Positions 37,599-46,311 of a DNA stretch of 64,000 nucleotides are shown one piece after another. The stretch is from assembly GCF_934190775.1 (NCBI RefSeq), contig NZ_CAKPTG010000008.1, positions 26,337 to 90,336 on the forward strand, in the 5' to 3' direction. Position 1 is the stretch's first letter; each line of letters starts with the position of its first letter. This stretch comes from an uncultured Phascolarctobacterium sp. (lineage in GTDB: Bacteria; Bacillota; Negativicutes; Acidaminococcales; Acidaminococcaceae). A program made the translations under genes and the position numbers. The notes under the pieces were generated by a model, which saw only the letters and a program-made list of their open reading frames with translations, was not told the DNA's origin and ran no database searches.

Positions 37599-38849
37599 TT
37601 ACCCCTCTTTAGGCCCCACGCGCTTAGCCGCCGCCATAATCGCCAGACGACCATGCTCAAAAGTCAAACCGCCCTGGAAGAAAACATTAAACGGCTCACG
37701 GCACGGACCATCGGCACTCAGCTCAATAGAAGCGCCCTGTACAAAGGTACCCGCAGCCATAATAATCTCATCCTGATAACCCGGCAGCGGACTCGGAACT
37801 GGCTCAACGTGCGCATCAACAGGAGAATTGCCCTGAATAGCAACGCAGAAATCGCACAGACGCTGCTTGCTCTCCAAGGTAATAGCCTGAATAATATCGC
37901 TGCGGCGTTCCTCCGGCAGCGGCTTAACAGCATAGCCCAGGCCTTTGAAAACAGCAGCCGCAAAAACAGCAGTCTTAACAGCCTGCACCACAATATGCGG
38001 AGCCAGGAAAAGTCCCTGATAGAACTCACGCGCGGTATCGCCCAGAGTTGCGCCCATCTCGCCGCCCAGACCGGGAGCGGTAAGACGGTAGGAAGCATTC
38101 TCAACCAAATCCGCACGGCCGACAATATAACCGCCTGTAGGAGCCAGACCGCCGCCCAGATTCTTAATCAGAGAGCCTGCCATCAGATCAGCGCCAACCT
38201 CGGTAGGCTCCTGCTTCTCGATAAACTCGCCGTAGCAGTTATCAACAAAGCAGATAACATTCGGGTTAGCTTCCTTCGCTGCACTGCAGATACGGCCGAT
38301 TTCAGCAACGTCAATAGTCTTACGTTCGCTGCTGTAGCCGCAGGAGCGCTGAATATGAATCATCGTAGTCTTGGAGGTAACAGCGTTTTTTACAGCCTCC
38401 AAATCAACATGGTCGCCCTTCATCGGCAGCTCCTTGTAGGTTACGCCCAAGTCAACCAAGGAGCCGGGAGTTTTAACCGGAGAGCCGATAATAGTCTGCA
38501 TAGTGTCATAAGGAGCACCTGTTACGGCAATCAGCTCATCGCCTGCGCGCAGGTTGCCCAGCAGAGCAACTGCCAGCGCATGGGTACCGCTGACGAACTG
38601 AGAACGCACCAACGCTGCCTCGGTTTTGAACAGCTCCGCGTAAATCAGATCCAGAGTATCGCGGCCCACATCACTGTAGCCGTAGCCAGTAGTAGGCTTC
38701 AAGTAGTAGTCGGAAACCATGTTATTACGGAAAGCCGCAATAACCTTTTCAGTATTGTACAAAGCTGCTGCTTCTAGCTCTGCGGTATGTTTAGCAACCT
38801 CAGCTAAGGCTGCCTGCTCTAATGCATTGTAATCAACCAAAATTCTCAC
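37599..38849 (-). CDS. YnbB-family PLP-dependent protein (methionine gamma-lyase-like / aluminium-resistance family)
   Basis: 416 aa; Cys/Met-metabolism PLP enzyme fold; conserved position downstream of hflX as in Firmicute hflX-ynbB operons. Confidence 0.75.
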   Translation of the reverse strand: MRILVDYNALEQAALAEVAKHTAELEAAALYNTEKVIAAFRNNMVSDYYLKPTTGYGYSDVGRDTLDLIYAELFKTEAALVRSQFVSGTHALAVALLGNLRAGDELIAVTGAPYDTMQTIIGSPVKTPGSLVDLGVTYKELPMKGDHVDLEAVKNAVTSKTTMIHIQRSCGYSSERKTIDVAEIGRICSAAKEANPNVICFVDNCYGEFIEKQEPTEVGADLMAGSLIKNLGGGLAPTGGYIVGRADLVENASYRLTAPGLGGEMGATLGDTAREFYQGLFLAPHIVVQAVKTAVFAAAVFKGLGYAVKPLPEERRSDIIQAITLESKQRLCDFCVAIQGNSPVDAHVEPVPSPLPGYQDEIIMAAGTFVQGASIELSADGPCREPFNVFFQGGLTFEHGRLAIMAAAKRVGPKEG

Positions 38850-38888
38850 CTGATATTTTTATATTTTTCGGCATAACGCCAATTCATC

Positions 38889-40721
38889 CTAAGCCTTGGC
38901 ATCTGCAGCAAGATACTTGGCAAACTGCTGCACCTGCTCTGCGTCCAGGCGCACCTTCAGCAGTGTGCCCTGCGCCAGATATTCCTGCTCCAGTACAGTG
39001 CCTGCATCATGCAAGCGTCCTACCGCAGCAGAATCGCTGTAAGGCACGAGGAAGCTCTCCTCTACCGCCTTCAGCTTCAGGTTTTCTGCAATCAGCGCCA
39101 ACAGGCCGTCAAGATTATAACGTGCCTTAGCGGAAATGCAGATGCTGTTTTCTTCCTTGCTCAAACGCTCTGCCAGACCGGAATCCGGCGGCAGCTTATC
39201 GATTTTATTATAAACCGTGATAATCGTCTTATCCTTGGCACCAAGCTCATCCAGAACCTGATAAACAGCAGCAGCCTGCTCCTTATACAGCTCGTGGCTG
39301 ACATCAATAACGTGCAGCAGCACGTCGGACTGCACAACCTCCTCCAGTGTAGACTGGAAGGCCGCAACCAGCTGATGCGGCAAGCGTTGGATAAAGCCGA
39401 CAGTATCGGTCAAAATAGCCTGCTGCTTATTCGGCAGATCTAACTGGCGCGTAGTCGGGTCCAGCGTTGCGAAAAGCTGGTCCTGCGCGTAGATATCCGA
39501 ATTAGTCAGCGTATTCAAAAGCGTGGATTTGCCGGCGTTGGTGTAGCCCACAAGGCTTACCATAGGTACACTCGCCTTCGTGCGTCCTGCACGGTGCAGA
39601 GTGCGCACACTCTTAACCTTGCCGATGCATTCCTTAATATAGGCAATGCGGTCACGGATGCGACGGCGGTCAACCTCCAGCTTAGTTTCGCCGGGACCGC
39701 GGGTACCGATGCCACCGCCAAGACGCGACAGCGCCAGGCCCTTGCCCATAATACGCGGCAGCGTATATTGCAGCTGCGCCAGCTCAACCTGCAGCTTACC
39801 TTCATTAGTATGCGCACGTTGGGCAAAAATATCGAGGATAAGCGCCGTGCGGTCAAGCACACGCACACCCATTGACTGCTCAATATTACGCTGCTGTGCC
39901 GGTGAAAGCTCATCGTCAAAAATGCACAGGTCTACGTTCTCCTGCTGCACATAAAGCGCCAGCTCCTGCACCTTGCCGCGGCCGATAAAGAACGCCGGGT
40001 CCGGCTTGGGGCGCTTCTGCAGGAATCTTGCCACAACCTCCGCACCGGCAGTATCTGCCAGCTGCTTCAGCTCCTCCAACGAATCCTCGGCCGTCCAGCC
40101 GCTGCTGTTGGGAGCACCGTATTCCATGCCCACAATAATCGCACGCTCGGTTCCCTGCGCCAGACTAGCACTGCCTGTCTGCTTATCAAGGATTCGCTCC
40201 ACCATCGCCGCCAGATTCGGGAAGAACACTCCCTCCGCCTCCTGCAGCGTCAGCGGTCCGTAGCATTCCACCTGATATTGCTCGTTATCGTCAATCCCGG
40301 TAATCATGCCGAAGCTCATCTGCGACTGGCTGATATCCGGCGAAGTAACGTCGACAGCAATCATCGCATCAAAACGGTTATTCTTCAGCGCGGAAATATC
40401 CACACCGCTGAGCAGCGGATTGCCGTTGGGATGAGTATGCACACAGCGCACGCCGCTCAAACGGCTGGCACCGCGTCTGCCCTCAACCGGAGGCAGCTCC
40501 ACACTCTGATTATTGCCCACCGATACGGCAAGCACCTGACCATTGCGCGCAACATAAACGCTCACCTCGCGGTTAATAAAATCAGTAACATCCGCCATAC
40601 GCAAAGCCAGCTCGCTTGTCAGCAGCTGACCGCCCTCCAGACGGATATCATAAAAAGTTTTTAATTCTTCAATAACGGAATTACGGATACCCTTCAGGTT
40701 GCCGTAAATTTCATTAGCCAT
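38889..40721 (-). CDS. hflX: GTPase HflX with ~190-aa N-terminal extension
   Basis: 610 aa; G1 GYTNAGKST, G3 DTVGF, G4 NKID in C-terminal two-thirds; HflX-N glycine-rich segment; extra N-terminal domain. Confidence 0.85.
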   Translation of the reverse strand: MANEIYGNLKGIRNSVIEELKTFYDIRLEGGQLLTSELALRMADVTDFINREVSVYVARNGQVLAVSVGNNQSVELPPVEGRRGASRLSGVRCVHTHPNGNPLLSGVDISALKNNRFDAMIAVDVTSPDISQSQMSFGMITGIDDNEQYQVECYGPLTLQEAEGVFFPNLAAMVERILDKQTGSASLAQGTERAIIVGMEYGAPNSSGWTAEDSLEELKQLADTAGAEVVARFLQKRPKPDPAFFIGRGKVQELALYVQQENVDLCIFDDELSPAQQRNIEQSMGVRVLDRTALILDIFAQRAHTNEGKLQVELAQLQYTLPRIMGKGLALSRLGGGIGTRGPGETKLEVDRRRIRDRIAYIKECIGKVKSVRTLHRAGRTKASVPMVSLVGYTNAGKSTLLNTLTNSDIYAQDQLFATLDPTTRQLDLPNKQQAILTDTVGFIQRLPHQLVAAFQSTLEEVVQSDVLLHVIDVSHELYKEQAAAVYQVLDELGAKDKTIITVYNKIDKLPPDSGLAERLSKEENSICISAKARYNLDGLLALIAENLKLKAVEESFLVPYSDSAAVGRLHDAGTVLEQEYLAQGTLLKVRLDAEQVQQFAKYLAADAKA

Positions 40722-40747
40722 GGGTATTCACCTCCAATTGGGGGTTA

Positions 40748-40829
40748 ACTTAGCAATTTGCTTATCGAAAGGCTCCCCTTGGGGGGATAGCTTAGCAATT
40801 TGCTTATTGAAAGGCTCCCCTCGGGGGGA
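40748..40829. repeat. Tandem duplication of a 43-bp module (CTTAGCAATTTGCTTAT(C/T)GAAAGGCTCCCCT(T/C)GGGGGGA) in hflX leader
   Basis: Two copies (40748..40786, 40791..40829), 2 mismatches; each has an AGCAAtTTGCT palindrome plus a CTCCCC/GGGGAG hairpin; embedded in 245-bp GC-rich hairpin-dense intergenic region. Confidence 0.6.
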
Positions 40830-40984
40830 GCTGGCGCCCGCCAGGGCGACTGAGAGGGGCTTGACAGAAACGTTGCTTTAGGCAGAACCCCTCTCCGCCT
40901 CGACAAGCTCGGCACCCGCCCCAGGGTGCCTTCTCTTGCCCTACGGGCAATTCACCTTGTCTCCCCAAGGAGAGGCTATTTTTA

Positions 40985-42574
40985 TTATCTTCTTGCCTTA
41001 GCAGGCTCAATATTAACCTTATACCCCTTGATAAAGTTCTTGTTCATCGCACCGATAACCTTTTCGGCTACATCCTCCGGTACCTCAACAAAGGTGAACT
41101 TATCATAGATATTGATCAGGCCGATATCACGTGCCGGAATGTCTGCTTCGATAGCAATGGTGCTGACAATATCTTTAACCATAATCTTCTGGCTGCGGCC
41201 GATGTTGATGAACAGGCGCACCATGCCCGGACGGCCGCCGGTGTTGCGCAGGTCCTTGGACAGGATATCCTCCTGCGGAGCCTCCAGAGCCTTAATACCC
41301 TCCTGCATCAGCTTCAGAGCTGCGGCAGCAACCTCTTCGGCGCTGTAATCATCCAGCAGGCTTTCGGCAATAGGCATATAATCATGGTATGCGTTCAGCT
41401 CCAGCACAGTCTGCATCTTGCTGATAATCTGGTCGCGTTGACGCTCGATAACGTTAGCAGCGGTCGGCAGCTGACGGCGTTGGATTTTAGTCTTGACGGT
41501 ACGCTCAATCAGCTTCAGCTGACGGAACTCACGCGGAGTGATGAAGGTCATAGCTACGCCGGTGTTGCCTGCACGACCGGTACGGCCGATGCGGTGAACG
41601 TAGCTTTCCGGATCCTGCGGAATATCAAAGTTGATAACGTGGGTAATGTTGTCAACGTCGATGCCGCGGGCAGCAACGTCGGTAGCAATCAGCACATCAA
41701 CAGCGCCCTCGCGGAATTTCTTCATTACGCGGTCACGCTGGTTCTGGCTCAGGTCGCCATGCAGGCCCTCAGCCATGTAGCCACGGCTGGAAAGTGCGAT
41801 AGACAGGTCGTCAACACCCTTTTTGGTACGGCAGAAGATAATCAGCTTGCCATCGATTTCTGCGTCCAGCAGACGGCACAGGCCTTCAATCTTATCCTTG
41901 GTTTCGAAATAATATTGCTCAATCAGAGGTACAGTCAGCTCTTCCTTGGAAATGGTTACATTCTTCGGCGCCTTCATGTACTTCTTGGTCAGGCTCAGAA
42001 TCGGACGAGGCATAGTTGCGGAGAAAAGCAAAGTCTGGCGTTCAACCGGCAGGCTACGCATAATTTCTTCGATATCATCAACAAAGCCCATATCCAGCAT
42101 TTCGTCGGCCTCGTCCAGTACCAGGAATTTGATATGGTCCAGACGGATAGTACCGCGGTTGATATGGTCAATCAAACGGCCCGGAGTACCGATAACAATC
42201 TGCACATTGTTGCGCAGCGCACGGATCTGGCGTTCAATCGGCTGGCCGCCGTAAACAGGCAGCGCACGCACGCGGCGAGTACGGCCGATTTTGCCAACCT
42301 CTTCCGCAACCTGGATAGCCAGCTCACGGGTCGGAGTCATAATCAGCGCCTGAATATGCTTGAAGTCGGTAATTGCCTGCACCAGAGGAATACCGAAGGC
42401 AGCGGTCTTGCCGGTACCGGTCTGTGCCTGGCCGATAACGTCGTTACCCTCGAGCACCAGGGGAATAGTAGCGGCCTGAATCGGAGAAGGCTCTTCGAAG
42501 CCCATGTCAGTCAGGGCAGTTACAATTTTTTTGTCCAGCTCTAAGCTGCCGAACATCTCTTTTTGAATGGTCAT
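40985..42574 (-). CDS. cshA: DEAD-box ATP-dependent RNA helicase with C-terminal DbpA-type RNA-binding domain
   Basis: 529 aa; Q motif, AQTGTGKT, PTRELA, DEAD, SAT, HRIGRTGRAG. Confidence 0.9.
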   Translation of the reverse strand: MTIQKEMFGSLELDKKIVTALTDMGFEEPSPIQAATIPLVLEGNDVIGQAQTGTGKTAAFGIPLVQAITDFKHIQALIMTPTRELAIQVAEEVGKIGRTRRVRALPVYGGQPIERQIRALRNNVQIVIGTPGRLIDHINRGTIRLDHIKFLVLDEADEMLDMGFVDDIEEIMRSLPVERQTLLFSATMPRPILSLTKKYMKAPKNVTISKEELTVPLIEQYYFETKDKIEGLCRLLDAEIDGKLIIFCRTKKGVDDLSIALSSRGYMAEGLHGDLSQNQRDRVMKKFREGAVDVLIATDVAARGIDVDNITHVINFDIPQDPESYVHRIGRTGRAGNTGVAMTFITPREFRQLKLIERTVKTKIQRRQLPTAANVIERQRDQIISKMQTVLELNAYHDYMPIAESLLDDYSAEEVAAAALKLMQEGIKALEAPQEDILSKDLRNTGGRPGMVRLFINIGRSQKIMVKDIVSTIAIEADIPARDIGLINIYDKFTFVEVPEDVAEKVIGAMNKNFIKGYKVNIEPAKARR

Positions 42575-43836
42575 TAATGTTTATCCTCCATATTGTTTTT
42601 TTCTTCTAATAATTTATCAATAGCCATGGAAATAGCTGTCTGAGCTATTCTCAGCTTATTTTCTGTTCTTGTCGACATAAAATGGTGCTCCTGGCAATAT
42701 ACCACGTCGTCAGTGGCAACGGCAATATATACCAGGCCTACCGGTTTGCCCTCACTGGCTCCCGGTCCGGCGTTGCCGGTAATGCTCACACCATAATCGC
42801 TGCCCAGCTGCTTGCGCACGCCCAGTGCCATTTCGCAGGCGGTTTCGCGGCTGACAGCGCCGTATTTGGCCAGCGTATCTGCCTGCACATTAAGCAGCTT
42901 CTGCTTAGCCATGTTAGTGTAGCTGACGATGCTTCCCAGCAGATATTCGCTGCTGCCCGGCACATCCGTAACTAGGCTGCTGGCAAGACCGCCGCTGCAG
43001 GATTCCGCAAAGGCAATAGTTTTGCCCTGCTTCAGCAGCTCCTGCCCTAAGCAGGCCGCCAGAGTGGCATCATCCACACCGTATATATAATTATCAACGC
43101 TCTTGCGTACCTTGACTTCCATAGCGTCGAGCAGCTTGACTGCCTCCTTGTCATTGGCAGCCTTCGCCGTAAGCCTGATGAGAATTTCACCGTAGCGGGC
43201 ATAAAGTGCAATCGTCGGATTGGTCTGCGCCATAATCAGCTCGTCGAGCTTGGACGCTACCATGGATTCGCCGATACCGCGCAGATGCAAGGTGCGCGAC
43301 ATGATAATGCCGTGCTCGCTGAAGCGCTGCAGCATACGCGGCAGCAGCTGCTTTTCGCACACATCCGTAAGCTCGCTCGGAGGTCCGGGCAGCATAATGA
43401 AGATTTTGTCCTTATATTCCAGCCACAGTCCGGGAGCGGTACCCACATCGTTCTGCAGTACCTCGGCCCCGATGGGAACATATGCCTGCTTTTCGTTATT
43501 TTGCGATGGGCAAAGTCCCTTCTTGGCAAAATAAGCATCTATGCGTCCCCACGTATCCAAATCGAGATAGCCTTCGGTATGACATACCTCCATTACCATC
43601 TCCTTGGTAATATCACCGCGCGTCGGTCCCAGACCGCCGCTGGTAATGATGATATCGGCGCGCTGCATGGCCTGCTCCAACACTGCGCGCATACGCTCCG
43701 GATTATCTCCGACCGTAGTGTGATATAAAACATCAAAGCCTATATTATTCAGCTTGCGGGATAAATACTGCACATTGGTGTTCAAAATTTCACCCAGCAG
43801 CAGCTCCGTCCCGGTAGTAATGATTTCAACCTTCAT
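42574..43836 (-). CDS. cinA: CinA-family competence/damage-inducible protein (NMN deamidase C-terminal domain)
   Basis: 420 aa; MoCF-biosynthesis-like N-domain + CinA C-domain. Confidence 0.9.
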   Translation of the reverse strand: MKVEIITTGTELLLGEILNTNVQYLSRKLNNIGFDVLYHTTVGDNPERMRAVLEQAMQRADIIITSGGLGPTRGDITKEMVMEVCHTEGYLDLDTWGRIDAYFAKKGLCPSQNNEKQAYVPIGAEVLQNDVGTAPGLWLEYKDKIFIMLPGPPSELTDVCEKQLLPRMLQRFSEHGIIMSRTLHLRGIGESMVASKLDELIMAQTNPTIALYARYGEILIRLTAKAANDKEAVKLLDAMEVKVRKSVDNYIYGVDDATLAACLGQELLKQGKTIAFAESCSGGLASSLVTDVPGSSEYLLGSIVSYTNMAKQKLLNVQADTLAKYGAVSRETACEMALGVRKQLGSDYGVSITGNAGPGASEGKPVGLVYIAVATDDVVYCQEHHFMSTRTENKLRIAQTAISMAIDKLLEEKNNMEDKH

Positions 43837-43883
43837 CTGCTGTCACCCTCTCACCGGTTATTTTGACTCTTACAGCAACGCTC

Positions 43884-45209
43884 TTAAACCAGCTCTGCTA
43901 CCATTTCATAGGTAAAGCCTTGCAGAATACGCACTCTTACCATCTGGCCAACCTCAAGCTCAGCGGCATTTTCAATAAAGATGTTGCCGTCAATATCAGG
44001 TGCCTCGTGGTAGGAACGTCCTACCGCAAGAGCGGGATTTTCTTCATCAAAGCCTTCGACGATAACGTCCAGCTCCTCATCCTCGCGCTCCTGATGGATT
44101 TCTTCGGAAATACCTGCCTGCAGCGCCATCAGCTCATGATAGCGGTTTTCCTTAACCTCAGGCTCAATCTGGTTTTCCATAGCGCCGGCCACAGTGCCCT
44201 CCTCCTGAGAATACTGGAACACGCCTGCGTTTTCAAAACGCTGCTTTTCAACAAAGTCCATCAGCTCCGCAAAATCCTCATCGGTTTCACCAGGGAAACC
44301 AACAATGAAAGTAGTGCGGATAGTAATTCCAGGAATGCGCTCACGCAGCTTTGCCAGAAGCTCCTCCACCTGTGCGCGTGTGTCATAACGGTTCATGCTG
44401 TCCAGCAGTCTGTCGCTGGCATGCTGCAGAGGAATATCAATATACTTGCATACTTTGTCACATTCAGCAAAGGCTGCAATCAATTCATCCGTAAAGTTGT
44501 TGGGATATAGATACATAACGCGAATCCACTCAATACCATCAAGCTCGTTCAGGTCACGCAGCAGCTGCGGTAAAAGCAGCTTACCGGTGAGATCCTCACC
44601 ATAACGTGTGGTATCCTGCGCTACTACAATCAGCTCCTTGACACCATGAGTAGCCAGGCTTCTTGCCTCTGCCATAACTTCATCATAGGGACGACTGGTG
44701 TAGGGACCACGCAGCTGCGGAATAATGCAGTAGGAACAACAATTGTCACAGCCCTCGGCAATTTTCAGGTACGCCATATAATTCGGCGTAGTCAGCATAC
44801 GCGGCGGTGCCTGTACATTCTTGCTTTCCAGCTTTTGCAAATGCTTAACGCGCTTGCCTGCCATCACCTGGTCAATAACCCAGCCAATATCAGTAAAGCT
44901 GTCAGTACCGACGATAGCGTCTACCTCAGGCATGCTTTCAAAAAGCTCGTCTGCATAACGCTGACCAAGACAGCCTGTCATAATCAGATACTTGCAGCTT
45001 CCCTGCTCCTTATATTGCGCCATTTGTAAAATTGTGCTGATGGATTCTTCCTTCGCACTTTCAATAAAACCGCAGGTATTAACAATAATCAGATCAGCAT
45101 CTGCAGGATTATTGGTAACCTCCAGTTGCTTATCCTTGATAATACCCAGCATAATCTCGGAATCTATCAAATTTTTGGGACAGCCAAGGCTGACCATACC
45201 TATTTTCAT
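43884..45209 (-). CDS. rimO: Ribosomal protein S12 methylthiotransferase
   Basis: 441 aa; MTTase N-domain cysteines, radical SAM CDNCCSYC, TRAM domain. Confidence 0.9.
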   Translation of the reverse strand: MKIGMVSLGCPKNLIDSEIMLGIIKDKQLEVTNNPADADLIIVNTCGFIESAKEESISTILQMAQYKEQGSCKYLIMTGCLGQRYADELFESMPEVDAIVGTDSFTDIGWVIDQVMAGKRVKHLQKLESKNVQAPPRMLTTPNYMAYLKIAEGCDNCCSYCIIPQLRGPYTSRPYDEVMAEARSLATHGVKELIVVAQDTTRYGEDLTGKLLLPQLLRDLNELDGIEWIRVMYLYPNNFTDELIAAFAECDKVCKYIDIPLQHASDRLLDSMNRYDTRAQVEELLAKLRERIPGITIRTTFIVGFPGETDEDFAELMDFVEKQRFENAGVFQYSQEEGTVAGAMENQIEPEVKENRYHELMALQAGISEEIHQEREDEELDVIVEGFDEENPALAVGRSYHEAPDIDGNIFIENAAELEVGQMVRVRILQGFTYEMVAELV

Positions 45210-45309
45210 TCTTTACCTCCAAAACTTGCTGCCCTCACTCAAGCTGTCGGGACAGCAAGCAAGAGCATAATTCACTATAATCTAATCACTATTTACTAAT
45301 GACTAGCCA

Positions 45310-46296
45310 CTATTTACTAAATCTAACCTTACTCAGCCACTTATTCGTCAAAGCATCCTGCTTGGCAGGCTCCAGATAGCTGCTGTTGAGCCAGATTTTG
45401 TCGCTGTCTACAGCTGCTGCCTCAAAGCCTCGCGGGAAGATAAACAAATAACCGGTGGCGTTTTCCTGCGCTATCGTCTGTACCTGCGGACTCGTCAGCA
45501 GCCATTCCATCACAGTCAGTGCCTGCACATCATCAGCTTTTTTAAACATGCCTATACAGAAAAGATTTACCGGTGTTCCTTCCTTGGGATAGACAACATA
45601 GGCAGGAAATTTATTTTCCAGATATTTAAAGACATAGCTTTGTCTGGTAATAGCAACATCTGCATCCCCTACTGCCGTCATACGAATCGGCGTAAAGGGA
45701 AACTTGGAATATTGCCCGATAAAGCGGTTGATATCACTTAAATAATCCAGCGAAGCTTCTTCGCCAAAATTGTCCGCCATGGACGCCAGAAAGTTTTGCG
45801 TGCTGTTGCTGTCAGACAAATTTTCGATAGCAATGCGCAGCTGCTGCTTCTTTGCCAAATCCTGCCAGCTGCAGATATTGGCCTGGCCGACAGTACGTGC
45901 ATACTGCTGGTTGACCAGAAAAACTGTCGGATCATAAAAGATACCGTACCAGCTTAAATCAGCATCACGAAGCTTCTGCGGCAGGCGATCGCCTTCAGCA
46001 AAGGCCACCGGCTTCAGCTGCTCCTGGCGCTTCAGGCCGGCAAGCGTACGCTGCTCGGCCAGCACCACATCAGGCTGTTCGCCGCCTGGCTTCAGCTCAT
46101 AAATCGCCTTCATCTGCAGCTTGGCCTTATTCTCCTTATTAAACTCATCTACCAGATTTTGCGTAAATTTATTATCCAGCTCGGAGTACAGGACAACGGT
46201 CTGCGCTCCTGCGTTCTGTGCAGGAGCAGGCTGCTCACCACAGCCTCCCGTCAGCATTCCAGCCAAAATTAACACTAAAAAGATACAACGGATCAT
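45310..46296 (-). CDS. Extracellular solute-binding lipoprotein (ABC-type, PBP2 family; iron/thiamine-type), orphan
   Basis: 328 aa; signal peptide with lipobox LTGGCG; no permease/ATPase genes adjacent. Confidence 0.6.
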   Translation of the reverse strand: MIRCIFLVLILAGMLTGGCGEQPAPAQNAGAQTVVLYSELDNKFTQNLVDEFNKENKAKLQMKAIYELKPGGEQPDVVLAEQRTLAGLKRQEQLKPVAFAEGDRLPQKLRDADLSWYGIFYDPTVFLVNQQYARTVGQANICSWQDLAKKQQLRIAIENLSDSNSTQNFLASMADNFGEEASLDYLSDINRFIGQYSKFPFTPIRMTAVGDADVAITRQSYVFKYLENKFPAYVVYPKEGTPVNLFCIGMFKKADDVQALTVMEWLLTSPQVQTIAQENATGYLFIFPRGFEAAAVDSDKIWLNSSYLEPAKQDALTNKWLSKVRFSK

Positions 46297-46311
46297 TTTA
46301 TCCCTCCGTTA

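Noticed and set aside
40804-41010. 68-aa minus-strand ORF in the cshA-hflX gap
   Set aside because: It starts inside cshA, its translation is Gly/Arg/Pro low-complexity from GC-rich hairpins, and it has no RBS.
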